From assembly GCA_963674755.2 (NCBI GenBank), contig CAXXVS010000002.1, positions 580,651 through 612,650 on the forward strand: a stretch of DNA of 32,000 bases. Reading direction: 5' to 3'. The notes below the pieces were generated by a model that saw nothing but the letters and a program-made list of their open reading frames with translations, was not told the DNA's origin and did not search any database. The DNA comes from Desulfobacterales bacterium. Its GTDB lineage: Bacteria > Desulfobacterota > Desulfobacteria > Desulfobacterales > UBA5852. Below, piece by piece: positions 15,048 to 24,162 of the stretch. Position numbers and translations under genes: made by a program. How positions within the stretch are numbered: position 1 is the first letter of the stretch; every line of letters begins with the position of its first letter.

Positions 15048-17462
15048 ATGCAGGAACATCTCGCCGTTGCCGCCGAGGATCTGCGGCGCATCTGTGACCC
15101 CGCACAGTTTGACTTCCGTGACACTTCCGAACTGAAGCCCCTGGAATCCGTTATCGGACAGGAACGGGCGGTCCAGGCCATCGACTTCGGCCTCAATATG
15201 AAGAGTGCCGGCTACAACATTTTCGTGACCGGTCCGGTGGGGGCCGGCAAATCGACGATTATCCGCGACATTGTCAACAAATTTGCGCGCAGCCAGCCGC
15301 AGCCGGATGATTGGTGCCTGGTGAATAACTTCCAGGACGTTTATCGCCCGGCGACCCTCCCGCTGCCTCCCGGCCGCGCCTTCGAATTCTCTAAACGCAT
15401 GCGTAAGGTCGTTACCGACTTGCGCGGGGCGCTGCCCAAGATTTTCAGCGATAAAGAGTTCCAGGACCGCCAGGCAGGTCTGCAGGACAAATATGTCCAT
15501 GCCCAGGAGCGTCTTTTTGAAGAACTTCAAGCCCAGGCGGCGGAAAACAACCTGCGCATCAACCGGACCAAAATCGGCTACCAGACCCTGGCTCTGCGCA
15601 ACAACCAGCCCATCACCAAAGAAGACTTTGCCGCCCTTCCTGAAACGGAACAAGCCGGCATCAAGGAAACCATCCGGACGTTTCAAGCGGTCATCGAAAA
15701 GGCAGAGCACCATATCGCCGAGCTGGCCCAGAAACACCAGTCTGCCATGGAGCAGCTCATGCAGGAGGCGGCCCTCTTTCTTATCCGCAGCCGATTGAAT
15801 GTCCTCCGCCGGGCCTTTGAAGAGTGCCCGGCGGTACTGCCGTATCTGGACCGTGTCCAGGATGATATGCTGGAAAACATTCATTTTTTTCTGCCCTCCA
15901 AGGAAGAGAATGCCGTCGCCGGTGAAAATGGCGCGGTCTTCGGCGCGTTCGATTTCAAACGGTATGACGTCAACGTATTGGCAGACCGCCAAACCGTGGA
16001 AGGGGCTCCCGTCATTCTGGAGCCCAACCCCACCTACCAGAACCTTTTCGGCCATATCGAAAAACGGGCTTCCATGGGCGGTGTGAAAACCGATTTTACC
16101 ATGGTCCAAGGGGGCGCTCTGCTGCGCGCCAACGGCGGCTATCTGATCATGGAGGTGGAAGCGCTCATGATGAACCCCCTGGTGTGGGAAGCGCTCAAGC
16201 GGGCTTTGCAGACCAAGGTGCTGAGTATCGAAGATATGCCTTCGGAAATGGGCTATGGGGTCACTTCCCTGCGGCCGGAGCCGATTCCCCTGGATGTCAA
16301 GGTCATCTTGTTGGGTAGCTACACGATCTTTGAAATCTTGCAGAACAACGATTCCAAGTTTGACAAGATCTTCAAGGTGCGTGCGGATTTCGATTTTGAG
16401 ACGGATTTGACGCCTGAAGCGGTACAACTCTATGCCCGCTTCATCGCCCGGGCCTGCCGCGAAGAACACCTGCTGCCGTTCACCCCCCAGGGGGTGGCCT
16501 CGATGGTGGAATACAGCGAGCGCTTCGTGGCCGATCAGAAGAAATTGTCTCTCCGCTTTGGCCCCATCGTGGACATTCTAAAAGAGGCCGATTACTGGGC
16601 CCGCAAGCAGAACAGTTCCGCCGTCAGCAGCGCACACGTGCAGCAGGCCATCCAGAAACGGCGCTTCCGTTATAACCTCTATGAGGAGAAGATGCGGGAA
16701 GCTTTTGAAAACGAAAGTGTTCTGCTCGACGTCCAAGGGGAGATGGTCGGCCAGGTGACCGCCCTGGCGGTCTATCAGATGGGCGACATCGCCTTCGGTC
16801 GGCCGAGCCGCATCACGGCCGAAACGTTCATGGGCAAACCGGGCATCGTCAGCATCGAACGGGAAGTCGACCTGAGCGGCCGCACCCATGACAAAGGGGT
16901 GATGATATTGAGCGGCTACCTGGGGCGCACTTTTGCCCAACATGCCCCTCTGGGCATCAGTATCAGTCTGACCTTCGAACAGAGCTACGGACCAGTGGAT
17001 GGCGACAGCGCTTCCTCCACCGAGTTGTACGTCATCCTCTCGAGCCTGGCCGACCTGGCGATTCGGCAAGGCATTGCGGTGACCGGTTCGGTGAACCAGA
17101 AGGGCGAAATCCAGGCCATCGGCGGGGTGAACCAGAAAGTGGAGGGGTATTTCGATGTCTGCCGCCAGAAAGGCCTGACGGGCCACCAGGGGGTGATCAT
17201 TCCCAGGGCCAATTTGACCCATCTCATGCTCAAGGAAGAAGTGGTCTCCGCGGTTCAGGCGGGCCAGTTCCATGTTTACCAGGTGGGCAATGTCACCGAG
17301 GGCATTCAGATCCTGACAGGCGTCCCGGCCGGCGACCCGGACGCGGAGGGCGTTTACCCACCTGACACGGTATACGGGCGTATCCAAAACAAACTGAATA
17401 TCTTTATCGAGCGCAGCCAGAAATTGAAGCGCGCTGAAATGCAGCCGGTCACGAAGGCCTGA
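15048..17462 (+). CDS. Lon-like AAA+ protease with a long helical insertion (LonC/AAA_32-type) and an S16 peptidase domain
   Basis: Walker A GPVGAGKST (from nt 15231). A mostly helical, coiled-coil-like insertion of about 200 aa follows, then a Walker-B-like GGYLIMEVE. The C-terminal Lon protease domain has Ser in VDGDSASSTE and Lys in GGVNQKVEG. GAGAGGA RBS. Confidence 0.95.
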   Translation: MQEHLAVAAEDLRRICDPAQFDFRDTSELKPLESVIGQERAVQAIDFGLNMKSAGYNIFVTGPVGAGKSTIIRDIVNKFARSQPQPDDWCLVNNFQDVYRPATLPLPPGRAFEFSKRMRKVVTDLRGALPKIFSDKEFQDRQAGLQDKYVHAQERLFEELQAQAAENNLRINRTKIGYQTLALRNNQPITKEDFAALPETEQAGIKETIRTFQAVIEKAEHHIAELAQKHQSAMEQLMQEAALFLIRSRLNVLRRAFEECPAVLPYLDRVQDDMLENIHFFLPSKEENAVAGENGAVFGAFDFKRYDVNVLADRQTVEGAPVILEPNPTYQNLFGHIEKRASMGGVKTDFTMVQGGALLRANGGYLIMEVEALMMNPLVWEALKRALQTKVLSIEDMPSEMGYGVTSLRPEPIPLDVKVILLGSYTIFEILQNNDSKFDKIFKVRADFDFETDLTPEAVQLYARFIARACREEHLLPFTPQGVASMVEYSERFVADQKKLSLRFGPIVDILKEADYWARKQNSSAVSSAHVQQAIQKRRFRYNLYEEKMREAFENESVLLDVQGEMVGQVTALAVYQMGDIAFGRPSRITAETFMGKPGIVSIEREVDLSGRTHDKGVMILSGYLGRTFAQHAPLGISISLTFEQSYGPVDGDSASSTELYVILSSLADLAIRQGIAVTGSVNQKGEIQAIGGVNQKVEGYFDVCRQKGLTGHQGVIIPRANLTHLMLKEEVVSAVQAGQFHVYQVGNVTEGIQILTGVPAGDPDAEGVYPPDTVYGRIQNKLNIFIERSQKLKRAEMQPVTKA

Positions 17463-17656
17463 AGACGGGATGATATGATAATCCGGAATGCCCGTCATAA
17501 ACCATAAAAAGCTTTATCAATCGGGTGAATTCGTTTAAAGACGGTAGAACGCCGGGCTGGGCCCCGGGGAATGGCGTGGGGCGGGGCTCGGAGGCTGTAT
17601 GGGCCAGCGATATTCCCGTTCGTAGCGGCCGCTTTCCGACGGGTAAGGGAGAATTC

Positions 17657-19126
17657 ATGAATCGCGATAGCTATATTGAATCGCTTCGATCGGAATTGCT
17701 TGATCTGGTCGAGGAACACCTGTCCCCCATCGCTCTGCGATACGGCTACAGCGAAGTGCCGCTGGAAAGCAACATCAAATGGCGGCCGTTGGTCCTCGTC
17801 CTGGGCAATTACTCCTCGGGTAAATCGACCCTGATCAACGATTTTCTGGGGATGAATATCCAGGCCACCGGTCAGGCGCCCACGGATGATTCCTTCACGG
17901 TCATCACCCACGGTGAGCCGGATGGCGATCCGGACAAGATTCAGGTGGTGGAGACACGCGACGGCAAATTTCTTCTCAACGATCCCGAGTATCCCTTTGA
18001 AACCCTGAAACGTTACGGCCAGCGGTTTGCCGCGCATTTCCGGCTGAAAAAAGTCAACTCGCCATTCCTGGAAAACCTCGCCATCATCGATACCCCCGGT
18101 ATGCTGGACAGCATTACCGAGCGGGACCGGGGCTACAACTATCAGGAGGTTATCGGCGATTTGGCCCAGATGGCCGATCTGGTGCTGGTCCTGTTCGACC
18201 CCCATAAAGCTGGAACGGTCCGCGAAACCCATACCAGTCTGCGGGACACCCTCCCGGCCAAAACCTTCGAGGACCGGGTGCTTTTCGTGCTGAACCGGAT
18301 CGACGAGTGTGCCTCGCTGATCGATTTGCTGCAGGTCTACGGCACATTGTGCTGGAATCTGTCGCAGATGACCGGGCGCAAGGATATTCCGCCGATCCGG
18401 CTGACCTATTCGGCCCATGCCATGTCGACCCCGTCGGGTGAACTGGGCCAGGATCTCGACTATCTCCGCTACCTGGCCAACCAGCGCACCGAGCTCAAGG
18501 AAGCGGTGCTGCAGGCGCCGCGCTACCGCCTGGACAACCTGGCCACATTCGTGGAAACCCACGGGGAGCGCCTCTCACACTTGCTGGAAGCCCTGGTAAG
18601 CTACCGGACACAGGCCAACAAATACCGCCTCAAACAGGTGGTGATGGGGATGGTAGCAGGCGTGCTGGCCAGCGGCGCAACGGCCGTCGGATTGGTTGCC
18701 GCCGGCCTGATGGTGCCCGAGCCCCATCTGCTTGGCGCTGTCGCCGGTGGCGCAGGCATCCTGGGATTCGCGCTCTGGGTGAGCACCATCGGCCGCTGGC
18801 TGCGGCGGCGGTTCCATCGGGAGCAGCTCAAGAACCTCGATCGTCTGACGCCCTTGCGCAATCAGACCCGCCGGGACAGCTGGCAGTCCGTGCGCGACCT
18901 GGTCTATATGACTTTGAAACGCACCGAGGGGCGCATCGCACTCAAGCAGGTCAAAGCGGAATATCAGGCCGTCCACCGCATTTACATGGAAGGTGCCAAA
19001 GACATTCGTGAAGCGCTGAACGAATTATCCGGGCTGCGGGTGGGTGAAGTGCCTTCGTGGGCGGGACCAAAAACCGAAGAAGGCAGCCGCGAGTTTCCCT
19101 TCAAAGAGCTTTCCCGAACGGATTAG
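17657..19126 (+). CDS. dynamin-superfamily NTPase, EHD-like G domain, with a C-terminal transmembrane hairpin
   Basis: ATG at 17657 preceded by AAGGGAGA. P-loop GNYSSGKST (nt 17804-17830), IIDTPG, LVLFDPHK and VLNRID (G4-like). Two Gly/Ala-rich hydrophobic segments lie at about nt 18638-18800. Confidence 0.9.
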   Translation: MNRDSYIESLRSELLDLVEEHLSPIALRYGYSEVPLESNIKWRPLVLVLGNYSSGKSTLINDFLGMNIQATGQAPTDDSFTVITHGEPDGDPDKIQVVETRDGKFLLNDPEYPFETLKRYGQRFAAHFRLKKVNSPFLENLAIIDTPGMLDSITERDRGYNYQEVIGDLAQMADLVLVLFDPHKAGTVRETHTSLRDTLPAKTFEDRVLFVLNRIDECASLIDLLQVYGTLCWNLSQMTGRKDIPPIRLTYSAHAMSTPSGELGQDLDYLRYLANQRTELKEAVLQAPRYRLDNLATFVETHGERLSHLLEALVSYRTQANKYRLKQVVMGMVAGVLASGATAVGLVAAGLMVPEPHLLGAVAGGAGILGFALWVSTIGRWLRRRFHREQLKNLDRLTPLRNQTRRDSWQSVRDLVYMTLKRTEGRIALKQVKAEYQAVHRIYMEGAKDIREALNELSGLRVGEVPSWAGPKTEEGSREFPFKELSRTD

Positions 19127-19222
19127 CGCCTCCTGGATTCTGCCGTGGTCCTGCTGGTCGTGCGGGGGCGGGCCAACGCCTGCCGCCCAGGGACGGCCGC
19201 CGATGCCTGGCGGCGGGAGGTA

Positions 19223-19753
19223 TCAGGCCGCCGCCAATGATTGGGCCATCATCAACCCGCTGATGGTTTTAGCGTCCCGGATGCGGCCCGTCCTGATCAT
19301 TTCCAACGTTTCTGCAAAACGGAATTCGTGAATCTCGATAATCTCATCCGGATCCAGTTGCTGTTCTGCCGGGGCCAGGTTCTGCGCGCGGAAGAGATGA
19401 ATCGTTTCGTCCGAATAGGCGGGCAAGGGTGCGATGGCCCCCAACTTGTGCCAATCCCGGGCCGACATCCCGACTTCTTCGATCAGTTCGCGCCGGGCGC
19501 AGGTCAGCGGCGATTCGCCGGGCTCCATCGTTCCGGCGGGGATTTCCCAGATATAGGCATCGATGGCGTAGCGGTATTGGCGGATCAACAGCACATGGCC
19601 GCGATCGGTTACGGGCACGATGGCGGCTGCCCCGGGATGGCGAATAACGTCAAGGGTCGTGGCCACGCCATTGGGCAGTGTGACCTGATCGCGATGCAGT
19701 GCAATTACGCGACCCTGGTGGACAATCGTGGAGTCGTGGCAGCGGGAGGGCAT
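19223..19753 (-). CDS. NUDIX hydrolase (ADP-ribose pyrophosphatase-like)
   Basis: Nudix box GTMEPGESPLTCARRELIEEVG. The ATG at 19753 (AAAGGGA upstream) is preferred over the TTG at 19777. Confidence 0.9.
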   Translation of the reverse strand: MPSRCHDSTIVHQGRVIALHRDQVTLPNGVATTLDVIRHPGAAAIVPVTDRGHVLLIRQYRYAIDAYIWEIPAGTMEPGESPLTCARRELIEEVGMSARDWHKLGAIAPLPAYSDETIHLFRAQNLAPAEQQLDPDEIIEIHEFRFAETLEMIRTGRIRDAKTISGLMMAQSLAAA

Positions 19754-20061
19754 GGTTTCCCTTTCGTCGGTCGTCAATCTTTGGGCACAAGGTCCCCGTT
19801 CCCGGGCGATGTCAATGGATCCGGACGATATCGTCTATGAATGAGTCCTGTCTAGTGTCCGTCCATAAATGGTAGCGTTTGGTTTATGGCAAGGCCCGAG
19901 CGCGTTTTCAACCGGAGGAATAGCGATCTATTTTGAGGATTGAAAACAAGCGAGAACGCCGCCAGGGGCCGAAAGATGCCATCTCTGAACGGGCACTATC
20001 TACGTCCACCATTTGATGGCTGTCAAGGAGCGCGGCGGTTTCCTCATTGTTTAAAAGCGCA

Positions 20062-20090
20062 TTGACGTCCAAGGCGGGCGTCCCCATAAT
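20062..20090 (+). promoter_or_regulatory. candidate sigma70 promoter (TTGACG-17-CATAAT)
   Basis: Hexamers read directly with a 17-nt spacer. The implied transcription start near 20097 argues that the Slp gene starts downstream of it. Confidence 0.45.
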
Positions 20091-20154
20091 GGGGTGCGAG
20101 GTTGCCGGACCAGTGATGGAGGATGCGGTGACGGAACGGACCGGGAGAAGGTGT

Positions 20155-20688
20155 GTGCAAAGGACCGCCAGAAGGTTGGTGGGCGTTGCCGGATTGCTCG
20201 GGCTGCTGGGTTGCACCGTCATATCCCAGGGGATGATGGCCCAGGCCGATAGGGACGTCACCTTTTCACAACTCAAGGCCGATACAGATCGTTATAAGGG
20301 ACAGACGGTCATTCTGGGCGGACACATTATCGAGGTCCGCAACAAGGCCCGGGAGACCGTGATTCTGGTGCTGGAAACGCCCCTTGGGTCCGGTCAGGAA
20401 CCCCGGCCGCCGGACCGCTCCCAGGGACGCTTTATGCTTTTCTGCGAAGGATTCCTCGATCCCGAAGTATACGCCCAAGGGCGTATGCTCACGGTGGCCG
20501 GCCGTGTGCTGGGGCAAACCCGGGAAGCCATCGGGGACGAGCCCTACGTCTACCCGACCCTGGAAGCCCGGGAGATCCACCTTTGGGAACGCTATGAGGA
20601 TCGGTACCGCTACCCACCGCCGTACCGGCCGCTCTATTACGATCCATGGGCCTATCGTTACCGGCGCTACGGTTATCCCTACCGATAA
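20155..20688 (+). CDS. slp: Slp-family outer-membrane lipoprotein
   Basis: Starting at GTG 20155 (GGGAG 7 nt upstream) gives the lipoprotein signal peptide (M)QRTARRLVGVAGLLGLLGC. The Slp core is GQTVILGG.I..V.....T...V...PL....P......S.GRF.....GFLDP..Y. The ATG at 20116 is an alternative start. Confidence 0.85.
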   Translation: MQRTARRLVGVAGLLGLLGCTVISQGMMAQADRDVTFSQLKADTDRYKGQTVILGGHIIEVRNKARETVILVLETPLGSGQEPRPPDRSQGRFMLFCEGFLDPEVYAQGRMLTVAGRVLGQTREAIGDEPYVYPTLEAREIHLWERYEDRYRYPPPYRPLYYDPWAYRYRRYGYPYR

Positions 20689-20771
20689 CGCCCGATGACG
20701 ACGGCAGGCGAGGGGATCGCCCGTCGGATCGCCTTTACGGCGCTAAAACGCTATGTTGCAGGAGGATATCC

Positions 20772-21281
20772 ATGATGACGTTGGAGGAAGCGATCACCCA
20801 GGCGATTGATTACGAAACCCGCATCCGCGACCTTTATCGTGACGCCGTTCAAGGAACCGCCGATCCTAAAGGCCGCCATGTCTTTCAGGCCCTGGCGGAC
20901 GATGAACAGCGCCATATCGACTATTTGGAGGCCAAGCGCACCCAATGGTATGGCGAGGGGCGGATCACGGTTGAATCCCTGGCATCGCACATCCCGGTCG
21001 CCGAACTGTTGGCCGCCAATATGGAGGGCCTAGAGCAGACCATGGCCCGGGAAGACCGCACGGATGAAAAGCGTATGCTCAGCAAGGCCCTGCAGGTCGA
21101 GGTGGAGACCAGTGCCTTCTACCGCCGGATGGTGGAACAGGTGGAAGGGGATGCCCGCGCCATGTTTGCCCGCTTCCTGGAAATCGAAGATGGCCATATC
21201 GCCGCCGTGCAGGCCGAATTGGACTATATCAGCCATACGGGCTTCTGGTTCGATTTCCAGGAATTCGACTTGGAGGACTGA
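20772..21281 (+). CDS. ferritin-like diiron protein (rubrerythrin family), paralog of 13235..13714
   Basis: ATG at 20772 preceded by GGAGGA. Ligand pattern: E (DYETRIRDLY), DDEQRH, E (EVETSAFY), EIEDGH. Confidence 0.85.
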   Translation: MMTLEEAITQAIDYETRIRDLYRDAVQGTADPKGRHVFQALADDEQRHIDYLEAKRTQWYGEGRITVESLASHIPVAELLAANMEGLEQTMAREDRTDEKRMLSKALQVEVETSAFYRRMVEQVEGDARAMFARFLEIEDGHIAAVQAELDYISHTGFWFDFQEFDLED

Positions 21282-21525
21282 TGCTCCTGCCACATGTCGG
21301 GTTACTGTTCCGCCCGATCCCGACGCCGGTGAACTTATCCCTGTCGCTTGACTGTTGAACGGGTGCGCCCGATTACCCGAGCGAACCAAAGCGCACCGGT
21401 CTGATCCAAGAGCCACCTTCCCTTGCCACAGCGCTGTCCGACATGGCGATCTTGGTCCTTTGCCCGGAACAGGTTGCACCCCCGCCGGGCGCCGCAGGAA
21501 CCCACTTTGCCGCTGGTTTTAAGTC

Positions 21526-21554
21526 TTGACACAAAACCCAAATTTTAATATGAG
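21526..21554 (+). promoter_or_regulatory. candidate sigma70 promoter of the rnf operon (TTGACA-17-TATGAG)
   Basis: Consensus -35 hexamer in an AT-rich patch about 95 nt upstream of the rnfC ATG. Confidence 0.5.
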
Positions 21555-21650
21555 CCCTCTTTTGGTTCGATAAGTTGGTCGACGGGTTATTTTGTGGCGG
21601 GAAAGGACGTCGGTTTCATTGCCTGAATCCGGCGATGGTAAGGAGACGCT

Positions 21651-23012
21651 ATGGCAGGATCCGTTCAAGCTTTCGGGGGCAGCGGGACGTTCAAACATGG
21701 GGTCCACCCTCCGGAGCGGAAGCATTTTTCCGAAGATATGCCCATCGAGGTGGTGCCCACGCCCCAACAGGTGTTGCTGCCGATGTTGCAGCACGTCGGC
21801 GCGCCCAGCATTCCGGTGGTGAAACCCAAGGATGTCGTCGCCTTTGGCGATATGGTTTGTAAAAGCGGCGGGTTCGTGTCGGCGCCGGTACACGCCCCGA
21901 TTGCCGGCAAGGTGCTGAAATCGGCCGTCACCACGCTGCCCAACGGTCGTCACGTACAGGTGCTGCCCATCAAGGCGGAAGGCGATCAACTGGAAGGCCA
22001 GGCCCTGAAGCGTGAGATCCTGGGAGGGGACTGGTCGCTGGAGGACGTGACCGATGATCGCGAAGCCATCACCCAAGCTATCGCCAATGCCGGCATCGTC
22101 GGGCTGGGCGGGGCGGCCTTTCCCACCCATGTCAAATATACCCCCAACGATAAAAAACCCGTCGATACCGTGTTGATCAACGGGTGTGAATGCGAGCCCT
22201 ACCTGACGCCCGATTATCGGGTCATGCTGGAAGCCGCCCCGGCCATCGTGGCCGGTGCGACGCTGGCCGGCCGTGCCGCCGGCGCACGGGACATCATCAT
22301 CGCTGTTGAAGACAACAAACCCGAAGCCATCAAGACCCTCCAGGAAGCGGCCCAAGGCAGCGACGTCAAGATCGTGGTGGTCAAAACCAAATATCCCCAG
22401 GGCAGTGAAAAACAACTCATCATGGCGGTGCTCAAGCGGGAAGTTCCGTTGGGGGGGCTGCCCCTCGATGTGGGGGTCGCGGTGAGCAATGTGGGGACGA
22501 CGGTGGCCATCGCCCGGGCGGTCCTGCGGGGCAAACCCATGACCCACCGTGTGGTCAGCGTCACGGGCAGCGGCATTCGCCAGCCTAAAAATTTGCTCGT
22601 TCCGGTGGGCATCGCGTATAGCGAGTTGATCGCGTTCTGTGGCGGCCTTACGGAAAACGCCGCCCGCATCATTTCCGGCGGCCCCATGATGGGCTTTGCG
22701 TTCGCCAACCTCAATGCGCCGGTCACCAAGGGGACCAGCGCCGTGACGGTTCTGGTAGCCGACGACGTTCGCAAAGCGGACGAGACCGCCTGTATCCGCT
22801 GTGGCCGTTGCGTGGATGCCTGCCCCATGAATCTCGTGCCGACCAAGATCGCTTTGGCCAGTCGGGCCAAGGATGTGAATCTGGCCCAGGCCTATAACAT
22901 CATGGCCTGTTTCGAATGCGGCTCCTGTGCGTTTACCTGTCCAGCCAGCATTCCCCTGGTCCAATTGATTCGAACCGGCAAGGCGCTGGTGGTTGCCAGT
23001 CAGCGGAAATAG
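21651..23012 (+). CDS. rnfC: Rnf electron-transport complex subunit C
   Basis: AGGAGA RBS. NADH/FMN-binding core GLGGAAFPTHVK and INGCECEPYLT, plus two 4Fe-4S motifs CIRCGRCVDACP and CFECGSCAFTCP. Confidence 0.95.
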   Translation: MAGSVQAFGGSGTFKHGVHPPERKHFSEDMPIEVVPTPQQVLLPMLQHVGAPSIPVVKPKDVVAFGDMVCKSGGFVSAPVHAPIAGKVLKSAVTTLPNGRHVQVLPIKAEGDQLEGQALKREILGGDWSLEDVTDDREAITQAIANAGIVGLGGAAFPTHVKYTPNDKKPVDTVLINGCECEPYLTPDYRVMLEAAPAIVAGATLAGRAAGARDIIIAVEDNKPEAIKTLQEAAQGSDVKIVVVKTKYPQGSEKQLIMAVLKREVPLGGLPLDVGVAVSNVGTTVAIARAVLRGKPMTHRVVSVTGSGIRQPKNLLVPVGIAYSELIAFCGGLTENAARIISGGPMMGFAFANLNAPVTKGTSAVTVLVADDVRKADETACIRCGRCVDACPMNLVPTKIALASRAKDVNLAQAYNIMACFECGSCAFTCPASIPLVQLIRTGKALVVASQRK

Positions 23013-23094
23013 GACGCGGCCCATGAGGGTCCGCCTCGTTTCGCATGCGGGGGCTCACCATTCGATCACCTCTAAGGCTGTTTAACGGATTATC

Positions 23095-24090
23095 ATGACA
23101 GAAAACGTACAAACAATGGCATCGGAAACCAAGCCAGCGGCACCCGTCATCCATGTTTCCCCATCGCCGCATTTATCCAATCAGGCCCTCACCACCCAGC
23201 GCATCATGCTGGACGTGGTCATCGGGCTCGTGCCGACGGTACTGATGGCCCTCTATGTCTTTCGCCTTTATGCGGTCAAACAATTGGCGATTTGCGTTAT
23301 CAGCTGCCTCGCCGCGGAAGCTCTCTTTACCCGCATGCGCGGGCGGGCGCTCCCGCTGGCGGATTGCTCCGCGCTGGTCACCGGACTGATCATAGCGCTT
23401 TCTTTGCCGGGCCCTGCTCCCTGGTACGTGGGCCTGATCGCTTCTTTTGTGGCCATCGGCATCGGCAAGACCATCTTCGGTGGTGTCGGCATGAATATCT
23501 TCAATCCGGCCATGGTGGGACGGGCCTTTGTCATGATCGCGTTTGCCAGCGCGCTGGCTGCCGCCGGTTATCAGGATGCCACCAGCGCGGTGGATGCGGT
23601 CACCCAGGCGACCCCCTTGGATACCTTTAAACAGACCGGCCTGTCGACCCCACTGTCCGTTTTGTTTTTCGGCCTGACCAACGGATCCTTGGGTGAGACC
23701 AGCGCCCTGGCATGTCTTATCGGCGGTCTCTATCTGTGTATTCGCCGCACCGCTTCATGGGAAATTCCAGCCGGGGTCATTCTGTCGGTGGCGGTGCTGG
23801 GCGGCATCGCGAATCTGGCCAATCCCCATTCGGGCTGGACGGTCCTGCATCATCTCTTAAGCGGGGCTTTGCTGTTCGGCGCTTTTTTCATCGCCACGGA
23901 CCCGGTCTCCAGTCCGCTCACCCCCAAAGGCAAATTCATATTCGGTGTCGGCATTGGCGCGATCATTATGCTGCTGCGGCTCTTCAGCGGCTACCCGGAA
24001 GGCGTCATGTTCGCCGTACTCCTGATGAATGCCCTGACGCCCCTGATCAACCGCTGGACCATCCCGCGTCCTCTGGGAGGCCAGAAGTAG
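23095..24090 (+). CDS. rnfD: Rnf complex subunit D
   Basis: Polytopic NqrB/RnfD-type membrane protein (SPSPHL..., ...NPAMVGRAF..., ...FFIATDPVSSP...) in the conserved operon position. Confidence 0.95.
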   Translation: MTENVQTMASETKPAAPVIHVSPSPHLSNQALTTQRIMLDVVIGLVPTVLMALYVFRLYAVKQLAICVISCLAAEALFTRMRGRALPLADCSALVTGLIIALSLPGPAPWYVGLIASFVAIGIGKTIFGGVGMNIFNPAMVGRAFVMIAFASALAAAGYQDATSAVDAVTQATPLDTFKQTGLSTPLSVLFFGLTNGSLGETSALACLIGGLYLCIRRTASWEIPAGVILSVAVLGGIANLANPHSGWTVLHHLLSGALLFGAFFIATDPVSSPLTPKGKFIFGVGIGAIIMLLRLFSGYPEGVMFAVLLMNALTPLINRWTIPRPLGGQK

Positions 24091-24162
24091 GCCGCCATTC
24101 CCTTGCATTTCGGGCATTGGTGCGGATTCAACGAATTTTTCTGAGGAGAGCGTAGGCACGGC

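Noticed and set aside
14952-16469. 505-aa minus-strand ORF
   Set aside because: It is antisense to the Lon-like protease, whose sense frame has clear Walker A and S16 motifs. The antisense product is Arg/Gly/His/Gln-rich and low in complexity, with no RBS or family motifs. This is a typical shadow ORF of a GC-rich gene. The same applies to 16578..17498 (-).
17495-18562. 355-aa minus-strand ORF
   Set aside because: Antisense to the EHD-like NTPase gene and its upstream spacer. The sense frame has P-loop, DxxG and NxxD motifs.
19908-20276. 122-aa minus-strand ORF between the NUDIX and Slp genes
   Set aside because: It overlaps the Slp promoter and 5' coding region on the opposite strand, and has no RBS or recognisable motif.
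21519-23024. 501-aa minus-strand ORF
   Set aside because: It is an antisense shadow of rnfC. The sense strand carries RnfC NADH/FMN and 4Fe-4S motifs and sits in a canonical operon.
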